This document shows, one piece after another, positions 43,144-55,995 of a stretch of DNA of 64,000 bases. The notes beneath the pieces are model-generated. The model had not been told where the DNA came from, ran no database searches, and saw only the letters and a program-made list of their open reading frames with translations. The DNA is from Octopus sinensis (Eukaryota). The stretch covers positions 61,876,001-61,940,000 of the forward strand of contig NC_043001.1 of assembly GCF_006345805.1 (NCBI RefSeq), given 5' to 3'. The position numbers and the translations under genes were made by a program. Position 1 is the first letter of the stretch, and every line of letters begins with the position of its first letter.

Positions 43144-44434
43144 CGAGGGGCGTTCAATAAGTAATGCCCCTGACCCACTTCCCATAGCAGTAGAGCAACG
43201 AAACTTGGCACAGTTATTAGTCTTTTTCTACATAGGAACCACCCAGAGTTACGCATTTCTCCCATCGTTTGATGCGGCTCTGGAGACCGTTTTTGTAGAA
43301 GAACCCAGCTTGGTCCTCCAGCCTCAACGTGACTTCAGAAATCAAGGCTGCATCATCTGGGAAACGCTTTCCTTTCAAAAACAACTTCATGATTGGGAAG
43401 AGGTGAAAATCAGAGGGTGCAAGGTCAGGAAAGTAGGGGGGATGGGGAGGAGTTCATAGCCATACGCCTGTGCTTCTGATCTGGCGACAAGCGAGTTGTG
43501 GACCGGAGCGTTGTCCTGCAGGAGGAGGATGCCTTTGCTGATCTTGCCCCGCCTCTTGATTTTGATAGCTTCTCTTAATTTCCTCAAAAGTGAAGCATAA
43601 TAGGCTCCTGCAATTGTGGTACCCTTTGCCAGGAAATCTGTCATCACTACTCCGTCCTGGTCCTAGAAGACTGTGAGCATGACCTTGCCAGCGGAGGGCT
43701 ACACCCTTGCCTTTTTTGGAGGGGGTGAGTCACGGTGCTTCCACTGCATTGACTGGGATTTGGTCTCTGGATCATCGTGATGGACCCAGGTTTCATTCTG
43801 TGTAATCAGTCTTTTGAAAGATTTTGACTCATCTTCTTGGCACATCTCCAAATTCACCCTCGAGCACTCGACGCGTTCTTGCTTCTGGAAAGGCGTGAGC
43901 AGCCTGGGAATCCATCTGGCAGACACCTTTTGCATATGCAAATGGTCATGAATGATAGTTTCCACAGACCCGGTACTAATCTTGACCTCATGGGCTATTT
44001 CGCGAATAATTATGCGTCGATCTTCCAAAATGGCAGCCTCAACTTGACGGACAGATGCCTTATAAATGGCAGAAGGGGGCGACCAGATCTGGGAGCTGTT
44101 TCCACAGAGTTCCGACCATGTTTGAATTCACGATGCCAGCGTTTTACAAGGTCATATGATGGGGCATCATCACCATAAGTTACTTTTATTTCATCAAAAG
44201 TCTCCCGTGGTGTGCGTCCTTTCAAATACAAAAACCGGATCACTGCTCGACACTCAACAGGCTCCATTTTACACTTGACTCGGTTCAAACACCTGTAAAT
44301 CAGAAACCACAATTAGTTCAGAGCTGTAATTTGCCACTTAATCTATAGAGATATAAATAATTGCACATGCAAACTTTCAGCTAGATCAAACAACTGCAAG
44401 TGGGTCAGAAGCATTACTTATTGAACGTCCCTCG
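43144..44434 (-). mobile_element. Full-length mariner (DD34D), frameshifted, TA target duplication
   Basis: TIR CGAGGGGCGTTCAATAAGTAATGC at both ends with flanking TA; WIPRLLT, ITQNETWVHH, LLQDNAPVH. Confidence 0.95.
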
Positions 44435-44951
44435 TATGTCAATAATATATGCAGCATTCCTTGTGTTATAAGTATTGGTATTATACTTCTCCGATTTATG
44501 CATTTATACATCAGATTGGATAATTTGAGAGTTTCTTATTCAGTTACTCATTCAATGAGCCATCTGTGTATTTTGTAAGAAGCAAGTTTACAAGTATATT
44601 CATAATAGCAGCATTTCATTTAATTTTAAAAGTGGTGTATCAAACAACGGTGCCGCTTGATCTTACTTCACCGAAATTATCCAAATTCAATGGTTCGAAT
44701 TGCTTATGGACCAGTATGAGAATCCAAATAATTTGAAGGGAATATTTTCTTTAATTAGTTATACTGTAATTATATATTTGTTGCCGTTACCATTTATTTT
44801 ATTGTTCAGGTTTTGAAAGAATCTATCGAGCTCCAGACAAAATGTGATGTGATATTTCTCCTCCTGTTAAATTAATGGACATGTGTCTGTGCGAGAAATA
44901 CATAACATACTATACATACGCACACGCACGCACGCACCACACACACACACG

Positions 44952-45019
<68 letters not shown>

Positions 45020-45189
45020 ATATACACATACTAGACTACCCGTGACCCGTTGGGTCATCAGGAAAGTCTGAGTTTCCCAGCAACGGGGTTTTGTTTCGTT
45101 GGTTTTTTTCTTTCCCAGATTATTTCGCATGCTTTCAACGAATGTGACATCAAAATCACGCGTAAACGGCTTATTTCCCCCAGAAAAGA

Positions 45190-46680
45190 AAGATTTGGCT
45201 GCTATTTCTTGCACGCCCTGCTACCACGTAACAGGTATTTCAGATCCTTTATCGCAATTAGGTGGAATATTAAATGTTAATGCAACTTGAAGTTGGTTCT
45301 TTACATGCATTCCTAATAGTTTGATTCTTATGGATTTTGGGGAGACCGTAGAAGTAGCTAGTCTTGCAATCAGAATGGGTTAGTTAGTCACATTGTTTGT
45401 TAAACCTTTTTGATGTCTGTGAATGATTGTGTTCAGTTTAGTCATTGTCTTTGATTTTTGGTAATTATTTACCTTTTCGTTGTAGGTCATATCTTGTAAT
45501 ATAGATAGTATATCTCTTTTGTAGTGTTTCAATATCTATAGTAACTATAGCACTTCCCCTATCTGCTCCCTTAATTATTATGTCGTTATTGTTTTTCAGT
45601 TCATATATAATATCCCATTCCTTCCGACAGGTATTGGGTTTGATTTTAGGATGTGGAAGTTCTTTTTAAGGGAAGGTAGATATAAATTCACAGAATTTAT
45701 CTAAAGCTTTATTCTTACCTTTCGTAGACTTGTAATCGCTCTTGTTTCTTACAACTGATTCGTCTCCGTTTTCTTTATAGTTGTTCTGTTAGACGTAGTT
45801 TTCTACAGAACTGTGAATTATTGTTCTCTATTTCATTGGAGTTAGGGTGTTGTGGTGTTGGGATAGATTTTAGGCCTTTTGACAAAATATTAATTTCTTC
45901 TACTGAGAGAAGTTTTTAGATAGGTTAATTATTTTCGGTTTCTCATCTTCGGTTTGTACCATCTGGTGTCAAGAACTCTGTCGGTTGGATCTAAAAAATT
46001 ATTTTTCAAGGTTTTTCTTTTATTACTATTTATATATATGATGTCATTTTCTCTGTTAACTTGTCCTCTTTTGTGTCGATTTTGCACATTTGTTGTTCTG
46101 GATTGTGGTCGTTTCTCTCTGTAATTGTTTTTAAGTTGATATTTTTTATCCGTTGTGTATGTCTTCGGTTTTGGAAGAAAGTTCAGTCTAGTCGGAGGGA
46201 AAAATTCGATTCTTTATTTGGATTATTTTCTTGTTGAAATAGTTTTGAATTGTTCTTATGAAATTTGTGAATATAATTTCGCTTTGAGTGTGGCTTGTGG
46301 ATTTTAACTTTTTCAGGAATGGGTTCGCGGTAGAGTATTCGTTTTTGAAGTGAGATTCATAATTGGAGAACCAAAGAGCACTTCTCTCCCACCGTTGAAG
46401 AGATGATAATTCCTCGTTTGCACATTTTTCTCTTCAAAGTTTAATATTGTTTTCTCGGCCTTCGGATGTTTTCGAAATTTCTTTTCACATTTGTGCGTCA
46501 ATTGTTTTAAATTTCTCTTCGTTGGAATTTGTTCTTAGCCGTAATAGGTGGGTTTCCATTTTGAATTTGTCAAGAGCTATCTTTCCTCTAATTTTTTGTT
46601 GTTGTTCGGATTCATTAGCGATAGGTTTTATCTGTAGTTTTTGGGGAGAATGATCGGTGTTGAATTGAGTCATTTTTCAT
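45190..46680 (-). mobile_element. Penelope-like element N-terminal to RT start, decayed
   Basis: LSKGL(K)..P, IIIKGADRGSAIV, FYGLPKIHK; 5' side lies near (TA)n at 46900. Confidence 0.8.
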
Positions 46681-46896
46681 ATATTTCAATGCATATACTA
46701 ATTTGAGCAATGAACTCCCTATAAAAATAGGACAAGCTTCAAACACTAGTCAGAAGCAAATCTGCTTGGATATAAGCCACGTCTTTCTATTTCAAATTTT
46801 TGAAAATCAGTGTAAACTGTGAATCCGGTTGAATCTTTACATATAATAATAAAAAATATTTTAACTATTTTCAATACATTTCCAACTTCTATTTTT

Positions 46897-46954
<58 letters not shown>

Positions 46955-46994
46955 TTTGTTGATGCTAACAGGAAAAATACAACTCAACATATGA

Positions 46995-47047
<53 letters not shown>

Positions 47048-47064
47048 AGAGTATATATATATAC

Positions 47065-47626
<562 letters not shown>

Positions 47627-48244
47627 CTAATTTTTAGCAGAAGCAACAGAGTGACTCAATGGCGAATAGAGTTTCGTGATAAGTGCCAACGCATGAGGTT
47701 CTCTTTATTGGCCACACAGGGCTGAACACAGAGTGGACAAATACAAATGTAGAGCATTTCTTTTCGAAAATGAAAAAAAGGGGGAAAATAAGAAAACAAG
47801 TAAAATTCCGATCAAAAGCATAGTGTATCACTGAAGAATTTTAAAAATGTAAAAGTAAGATCAGGTTTATCCATGGAAATAAATGCCTGCGGAAAAGACC
47901 ACGGTAACCTCAGGCAGGGAGGAAATAGAGACATGAGAGCAAAGTGCTCTCTCTCTCTATTTCTCTCTCTTTTCGATTAACAGGATCATGCTCAAAGTGG
48001 TTTCGTTACTCGCACGCACCATCTTTGCTACATTCACCCACCTTTTTCCAAAACTTTCACGTGACAAGTGGTACTTGAAAAAGTTGACAACCATTTTTAC
48101 CCTTACAACTGAGAAGATAATTGTTTCTGATATTTGATTCAAAGGGAATATTTCTGGGAGATAGTCTTTCTGTACTTCTTTTCATTTGACACTGAATCCA
48201 TTATTGTTCCTACTGCAGAAAACAAATGGTTACATGCTAGGATC

Positions 48245-49620
48245 TTTAACTGCTAAAAATATCAATGTAACTCATAATTTCTTTGTAGACGACCTGAAGA
48301 TTTATGCTTAAAGTGTTAACAATGCCAAAAATAACTGGAATTAACATTTTCAGCATAGAATTTGGCCAAAGGAAATGTTCATTTTTGGTTATAGAACGGG
48401 GAAAGTCAGTCTCCCAAACCCAAAACCTGTGCATCAACGGTCTCTCTATCTCCCTTATTCCACACAACAAAATGTTACAAGTGAAGGCACTGTGAATAAA
48501 AATAAAGTGACCTGAGAATATTACACCAGACTTAGGTAAATATAGCAGTCGGAACTCTCCTCTTACAACAAAACAATATCCCCCAATGCATTTGCTGTAC
48601 TAGTGCTGATCCCAACATTTGGGATACTTGATTGGTGTGTAGAGGTAATCAACTTCATATTTATCAAAACCCGCAAAATCCTGACAACTGGGAACTTCCA
48701 CAGAAATAGTGATATTGATAGGCTCTACCTAAGAAGAAATGAAGGTGGTAGAGGCCTGAGATCAGTAGAGTGCCTGAGATCAGATGGCCTTTGAATGCTG
48801 TATGGTTATCAATCAGACAGCACCTGCTAAACAACAGCAGCAAAAATAAATATATAAATGCAGTGCTGAAAAGTGGAGTGAGCAACAATATACGAGTTAG
48901 CAGTGAGCTTCTCCAGAAGCACTCTCTTCCTGATGATCTCCTACACAGCCCCAAAATAGCTGGGATCTCTTACCTTAGAGAAGACCTGGATGGAAACCAC
49001 TCAGCATACAAAAAAAAGGACTATGCATGGGTATGTTGCCCGGAAGCTTGAAGAGACCACTACATCACATTACACTTTGAAAGCTATGCGCTTGCAATCC
49101 AGGAACAGAAGATTGCCATTAAGTGCCTGATAAACCATAGAGACAGTGACGTTCTTGTACTCTCAAGGTGCAACTTCATGTATGTCATGTTTCTGTGAAA
49201 GACATCACGCATGTGATTAGCAGCTGTCCTAAAATGTCTTCACGGTATTACCTCCCTATGCGGCAATTTACAATGCCATCCGCAAAAAAAGAGGTCCTGA
49301 TATAAACTTAGAAAATTCTTCTGTTATGGAATACAGAAACACCAACTCAAGGAATACTGATGGAACAACTTCTTCGAAACATCCAGCTTCTATATTCAGA
49401 CTATGAATTCATGTTCATACCAATAATAATTGAAGCCCTAGGTTTTGTTAGTAAATGTTCAATGAAGAATCTGGATAAACTGCGTTTTTTTCTGAACTAG
49501 AAAACAGACCGGCTAATTCTTACAAGTGCAATCTATGAGTGTAACAGTAAAAACATGCAAGCCTTTACTGAAGTTCCAAATATGAATTTGTCTGTGTTAA
49601 CTGTGATTTATAATAATTAA
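48245..49620 (+). mobile_element. Degraded R4/Dong-type LINE, another subfamily
   Basis: FVDDLKIYA, FGQRKC, FHRNSDIDRLYLRRNEGGRGL, QEQKIAIK, DITHVISSC. Confidence 0.75.
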
Positions 49621-49633
49621 AAAATAAAGAGAC

Positions 49634-49702
<69 letters not shown>

Positions 49703-49709
49703 ATATATA

Positions 49710-49870
49710 ACTGAGAATGTGTGTCTGTCTGTGTGAATCCTTAAAACTTGAGAACTACACAACCAATTTCATTCAAATTTTACACATGCCTTACTTAGGG
49801 TCTATGTAGTGTCATGGGCAAAAGAAAATTTTAACTTCTTGCCTAGGGCGAGCCCCCAACAATATCATAT
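49710..49870 (+). mobile_element. Possible Helitron/Helentron-type non-autonomous fragment
   Basis: tgtgtctgtctgtgtg...aactacacaaccaatttcattcaaatttt resembles DINE-1/Lep1-type cores (recall only). Confidence 0.35.
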
Positions 49871-50284
49871 CTTCTCCACTATTTCAGTATTACGTGTCAA
49901 AAGTGAAAGAAAAACATCTCTCTATTATAATGTCAGATACTTTCACTTTAATACTGAAACTATTAAAGTCAAACTAATATATAAGAGAGATGAACCATTA
50001 ACTGTGGACATCCATTTCGCTAGAAGAAGATCTGCTATGGTCTTATATGCTACACCACTGGTTTTCAATTCATATTAATCAAATTAATATTCAATTTCTC
50101 ACCCTTATTATATATATATATATAGATATGTATATATATATAGATGTATATGTATACATGTATGCGTAGATGTATATATATAAAGATGCACAGGTAATAT
50201 GTACACATATATATATACACATATATACATGCATACATATATATACCCATACACACATACACACCCACCTACCCACATACGCAT

Positions 50285-50670
50285 ACATAGGTGCAGATAT
50301 GGCTATGTGGTAACAAACTTGGTTCCAAAACACATGGTCCTCAGTTCAGTCCCACTGTGTGGTAACTTGGCATGTGTCTTCTGCTATAGCCTCAGTCCAA
50401 TCAAAGCCTTGTCAGTGGATTTTGTAAACAGAAACTAAAAGAAATCAATTGTATGTATATGTATGTATATATGTAAGTCTATGTGTGTGTCTTTGTGTTT
50501 CTCCCTCATCACTGCTTCACAACTGGTGTTCGCTTATTTACATCCCCATAACTTACTGGTTTCACAAGAAGAAACTGATAGAATAAGTACCAGGCTTATC
50601 AAAATAAAAAAAAAACTAGGAAGTGTCTCATATTTTTCTTTTCCCACTCAGTTGTATCTATCAATGTATC

Positions 50671-50736
<66 letters not shown>

Positions 50737-51100
50737 CATACCCATACACACGTACATAGGTGCAGGTGTGGCTGTGTGGTAACAAACTTAGTTCCAAAGC
50801 ACATGGTCCTCAGTTCAGTCCGATTGTGTGGTAACTTGGCATGTGTCTTCTGCTATAGCCTCAGACCAACTAAAGCCCTGTCAGTGGATTTTGTAGATAG
50901 AAACTGAAAGAAATCAATTGCATATATGTATGTATATATGTAAGTGTATGTGTGTGTGTCTTTGTCTCTGTGTTTCGCCCTCATCACTGCTTCACATTTA
51001 TTTACATCCCCATAACTTACTGGTTTCACAAGAACAAACTGATGGAATAAGTACCAGGCTTATCAACATAAAAAGAAGCACTAGGCTCATATTTTTGTTT
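50285..51100 (+). repeat. Tandem duplication (period about 470 bp) of a diverged SINE family 1 copy
   Basis: Units starting near 50285 and 50755 share private variants (ggtaacaaactt, gtaacttggcatg, aaatcaattg). Confidence 0.85.
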
Positions 51101-51198
51101 GCCCACTCAGTTGTATCTATCAATTTATCTTTGTATATATGTGTGTGTGTGTATATATATCTATATTTATATCTATCTATCTACATATTTTATATATA

Positions 51199-51238
<40 letters not shown>

Positions 51239-52620
51239 CACCTTAATGGGGGCCTTAACTCCCAATTTTAGTCATTTCTTTTATGATCCAAAACTAGGTC
51301 AAAAGTACAGAATGGATCTTTATGAAATTTGGAAATTATTCTATGCATAAGGGCCATAACCCCCATGACAATTCATATATTTTTGCTGTTGATGAAATTT
51401 TAATCACAAATATTTGACACAAATGAAGTAATATTTATAAAATTTCATTTTCTTATAAGTTAGAAAAACCCCTCCATGGGGACTTAACACCTACAATTTT
51501 GTCATTTTATCTAAGCAAAGACGAATACAGTTGTACTGTTGGAAGCTGTAGGCTTACCCAAGCATAAAAGATGTGCATTATTTGTAATTCAATGGTACAA
51601 CAGTGTAACACTTTGCTTTGACATACACTTACATTGTGATTTCTACAATGTGATGCATAAATTGTCAAGTAAATGAGAGGCATCTCTGCCTCCACTGATT
51701 CAGTTGCAAAGTGTGGAGTAAAGTTATTTCATTGCAGACCTCCTTTCAGTCATTTTATTATCACTGGGTCACACATAGTCCCCAGATGGTAACATTGATT
51801 TCAAGGCCTTCCCACATGAATGACTGGTTATTCAAAGACATTTATAGATTGTAAATTTATTCTGTCCAGTTACATATCAGTATAGTGGTCATTTGCAAAC
51901 TCCGATGTGACACTTTCATTTCACCTTAGCCCTCACGTCACACATTTGTTAATGTTTATTTCAGTTGGGTCACGACCTTCCAATTGCTATAGATTCGTAA
52001 TGCATCTTACGGCTGTGCCTGTCACCTGGATGGTGAGGAATCCTACATTGGGAGTGGTAACGACTAGGGTAGTTGACTGCTTATATATATACATGTATAT
52101 GGAATGCATACTAGGCATTTTGATTTCTCAAATGTCTATATATGTCGTATCATATCCCTTCAGCAACATCTTTTAACCATGAAGTGTCGAAGTGCATCCC
52201 TTGTCCAAGTTGCATACATGATGCTGATAACACATTGAGACTTAGAAAGCAACTTCTTGAGCAGCATTCTTTGTCCGATAACCTTAAATACATGCCCAAA
52301 GAAGTCGCATGACTCTATCGCAATGTATCATCAGATGAAAGGATGAGCGCATATCAGCGCTCAGAAGACCATGCATAAATATGTCAGTAGAAAGCTCTAG
52401 GATAATAGTATCATTCCTCATCATGGACTAACAACCGGATTACTAACTCCCACTTTGAAGGGTATGCGTTTGCAATCCAGGGACAGAAACTATCAACCGG
52501 ATGCACAAAAGGGACAGAGATGCAGTAAAAGCAGCCAATTGGATAACCTATACAGATTTTGTGGAGTTACATATATATACACTTATATATATGTACTGTA
52601 TATATATATGTATATATGTG

Positions 52621-52696
<76 letters not shown>

Positions 52697-52709
52697 ATAT
52701 ATATATATA

Positions 52710-52783
<74 letters not shown>

Positions 52784-53013
52784 CAATTGAGGATAAAATC
52801 TTTATAAGAAATTATCAGTAGTTAGCGTGAAAAACCTCGTAAGAGAAAAACTCCGTAAATTTTTCCACTTTGAAAATATTTATTTATATTATATTGAGGG
52901 TACTACTATTCATAGATACCGCACGCTAAGAGGGACCAATGCGGTCAAAACTACTAAAATAAGCAAAATTTTACCGAATGCAAAACTTCAAAGCAAGTCA
53001 TTTAAAAAAAAAA

Positions 53014-53090
53014 GAATTTAGTTACATATCACCTGTGATTTCGCAATTAATGCAGAATATGCATTCTATGTTCATCAGTGCAACAAACTC
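53014..53090 (-). ncRNA. Type I hammerhead ribozyme motif (mirror copy)
   Basis: Exact reverse complement of 53258-53334. Confidence 0.72.
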
Positions 53091-53257
53091 AAGACATATA
53101 AGAAAAAAACATAACGTTACAAACCCGATAGCCAACCGTAGAATTCGTCGTAGCATGTACGAATGTTTATCTTTACATATGTAAAGATAAACATGCTACG
53201 ACGAATTCTACGGTTGGCTATCGGGTTTGTAACGTTATGTTTTTTCTTATATGTCTT

Positions 53258-53334
53258 GAGTTTGTTGCACTGATGAACATAGAATGCATATTCTGCATTA
53301 ATTGCGAAATCACAGGTGATATGTAACTAAATTC
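53258..53334 (+). ncRNA. Type I hammerhead ribozyme motif
   Basis: GAGTTTGTTGCA-CTGATGA-[AATGCA/TGCATT stem II]-GAAA-TCAC AG GTGA-TA-TGTAACTAAATTC: 12-bp stem I with one bulge, near-palindromic stem III; 10.1-11.1 is A.C. Confidence 0.72.
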
Positions 53335-53453
53335 TTTTTTTTTTAAATGACTTAAATTGAAGTTTTGCATTCGGTAAAATTTTGTTTATTTTAGTAGTTT
53401 TGACCGCATTGGTCCCTCTTAGCGTGCGGTATCTATGAATAGTAGTACCCTCA

Positions 53454-53529
<76 letters not shown>

Positions 53530-53534
<5 letters not shown>

Positions 53535-54411
53535 TGTCATCAAAAAGGGGGTAGAATTAATTAATTGTTAATAAATTCGACCAAGCAGTATTCGGTATGT
53601 AAAGACCGTTTACGGTATATTTGAAGTATTAATTTATAAAAATATGGTAAAGTAAAAAAATTCACTTTACCACACACCGAACTTTTCAGAAATAGCAGCC
53701 AAAAATTTGGCTATTTCTTCAACTGCAAATAAAAGTCTCCAGACAATGCATACTCAGAAAATAACTCACATAGGTATAAGGGAAAAACAATGAAAGATCA
53801 CATCCATATACGATACCCGAGGACAGTCTGTTTCTGGATTTTTTATAAATTAATACTTCAAATATACCGTAAACGGTCTTTACATACCGAATACTGCTTG
53901 GTCGAATTTATTAACAATTAATTAATTCTACCCCTTTTTTGATGACAATATAATGCTTTCTCTCCAAGAATTTGAACTGCAGTTTTTACCTCTGTAGAAA
54001 TGTAATGCTCTATGACTCACGTGGGTGGACAGGGAGAATAATAGATCTCATTCGTATTTTTGGATTCGCTAGTACTGGGTGTCTGGCATGGTTTGTCCGA
54101 TGTTACAGATATCGGACGGGTATGCTTGATTCTTAGTATTTTCAAATCTAAATCAGAAGAAATCTCTGAGCTGATGAAGGAAAAGTGGCGTTTTACCCAC
54201 AAATCCAGAAACAGACTGTCCTCGGGTATCGTATATGGATGTGATCTTTCATTGTTTTTCCCTTATACCTATGTGAGTTATTTTCTGAGTATGCATTGTC
54301 TGGAGACTTTTATTTGCAGTTGTAGAAATAGCCAAATTTTTCGCTGCTATTTCTGAAAAGTTCGGTGTGTGGTAAAGTGAATTTTTTTACTTTACCATAT
54401 TTTTATAAATT
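53530..54411. repeat. Complex inverted duplication A'-B'-A-spacer-B
   Basis: 53530-53642 is the reverse complement of 53840-53952 (1 mismatch); 53631-53841 is the reverse complement of 54201-54411 (2 mismatches). Confidence 0.92.
54021..54170 (-). CDS. Candidate 150-bp symmetric (phase 2-2) internal exon: SEISSDLDLKILRIKHTRPISVTSDKPCQTPSTSESKNTNEIYYSPCPP
   Basis: cttttccttcatcag acceptor, AC|GTGAGT donor, length divisible by 3, only one open frame; no homology recognised. Confidence 0.45.
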
Positions 54412-55704
54412 TTATATATATATATATATATATATATGGCACTGCACATATATCCATGAAATACCTGATATGTATGTGTGCTTTCGTGTGTGTGTGTGGG
54501 GGGGGGGCTCATGTTCAGATATGTATATGATGTTTGTGTATATAAGGAATTCAGTTACTTTGTGTATTATCGCACATTTTTTTTATCTCATACGACATGA
54601 TACATGCTAAACATCAAGTTACGATTGTAACCTTGTTAAATTTTAGAAATCCATTCCAGATATAAGTCTGTAAATGGTAGTTTCAGCATATTTCGTTTCA
54701 CTTTCTGTGTTGTCATTCAGGATGAAATTAGTTAACCTATTGATGCACAAAAAAAATATATGAAAGTAAATGAAAACGTAATGGATGTTCATAAGAAGTT
54801 CATGTGCCTTTACGTAGACACACAAAGCACCATTAAATCTAAGCTGAACAAATTTTAAATTCATTATCTTTAATTTTTTTTCTTTTTTTGCAATAATTTT
54901 GTTGCATATTCCAAAACGGAATATAAATTTCATGAGTATATTTCAAAATAATATTATGCCTCTGATGTTTAATTAACAAATTTTAAGTATAAACCGAGCG
55001 TTCTAAGCTGATACGGCATTTCATTACACCGTTAAATCATAAATTTAAATTTCGATGAGAAACACCGTTTGATAGAGATTCACGAATATAATGAGAATTT
55101 AATAAATGGAATCAGACCAGAAACTACGTTTTGATTCTTCTCTTTCTTTGACCTGGAAAACTGCTTTCTGCTGATACATTGTTATTTTCTAAACATTTTG
55201 ATATAAATTAGTCCTCTTTGAGAAAAGTTAGACTAAACGCAACATTCAATAACAAGTGTGTGTGATTTGGAGAAATATTTGAAGAACCATTAAGTAAATT
55301 CTCACCCGTGAAACTTTAAATTTCAACACATTACCTATTTTAAATTTCGACCAGACAAAATTTCTGCATATTATTATATCAGAAATTTTGTTGTATTTCT
55401 TATAAGTATTGATCTTTCTGTATTAGAGTGATTAGTAAGAAATGTATTTGCCAAGAGAATCGCTACCTTGGTTTTGGATTACGAATCACATTCAAAGACC
55501 ATCAAATAAAAACACAAGAGCACTTGTTCTTAAGGATAATGAAAAGAGAAAATTAGATTACCTTGAAAACTCATTCAGCAAAATATAGTTTTCCGGAGTT
55601 ACATATTTTTTAATGCAGATTTTTGTCTTTATTAAATGAAGTGCATACACACATAAGAGATGCGCGCGCGCACGTGCACACATATACATATGAAAATATG
55701 TATG

Positions 55705-55740
<36 letters not shown>

Positions 55741-55741
<1 letters not shown>

Positions 55742-55903
55742 CAATTAAGGATAACATCTTAATAAGGAATCTTAATAAGAAATTATCAGGTAGATAGCGT
55801 GAAAAACCTCATAAGAGAAAAATTTCGAAAATAATTCTTTCTTATTGAACATATTAATTTATATATAGAGGGCATTATGTATAATAATGCCCTCTATATA
55901 TAA

Positions 55904-55904
<1 letters not shown>
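55741..55904. mobile_element. Second copy of the 52781 family with only a 21-bp fold-back
   Basis: 55741-55872 is similar to 52783-52900; 55858-55878 and 55884-55904 form a perfect inverted repeat. Confidence 0.8.
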
Positions 55905-55988
<84 letters not shown>

Positions 55989-55995
55989 ATATGTA

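Larger units (their letters stand above)
52781..53464. mobile_element. Fold-back element: about 290-bp-arm palindrome plus about 100-bp one-sided tail, in (TA)n
   Basis: 52885-53178 and 53179-53464 are reverse complements apart from one 8-nt indel and about 4 substitutions. Confidence 0.9.

Noticed and set aside
45031-45070. Minus-strand CTGATGA with a TGACCC/GGGTCA hairpin
   Set aside because: No GAAA or stem III; may be a Helitron-like terminal hairpin but too short to call
54171-54200. CTGATGAAGGAAAAG hammerhead-like core
   Set aside because: No room for stem II; better explained as the minus-strand splice acceptor tract
54643-54736. Minus-strand acceptor plus open frame LTNFILNDNTESETKYAETTIYRLISGMDF*
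   Set aside because: Ends in a stop upstream of the 54170 exon and has no phase-compatible donor; unsupported without RNA data
55000-55700. Possible hAT dimerisation-domain remnant (SAESSF)
   Set aside because: Single weak motif with no termini found
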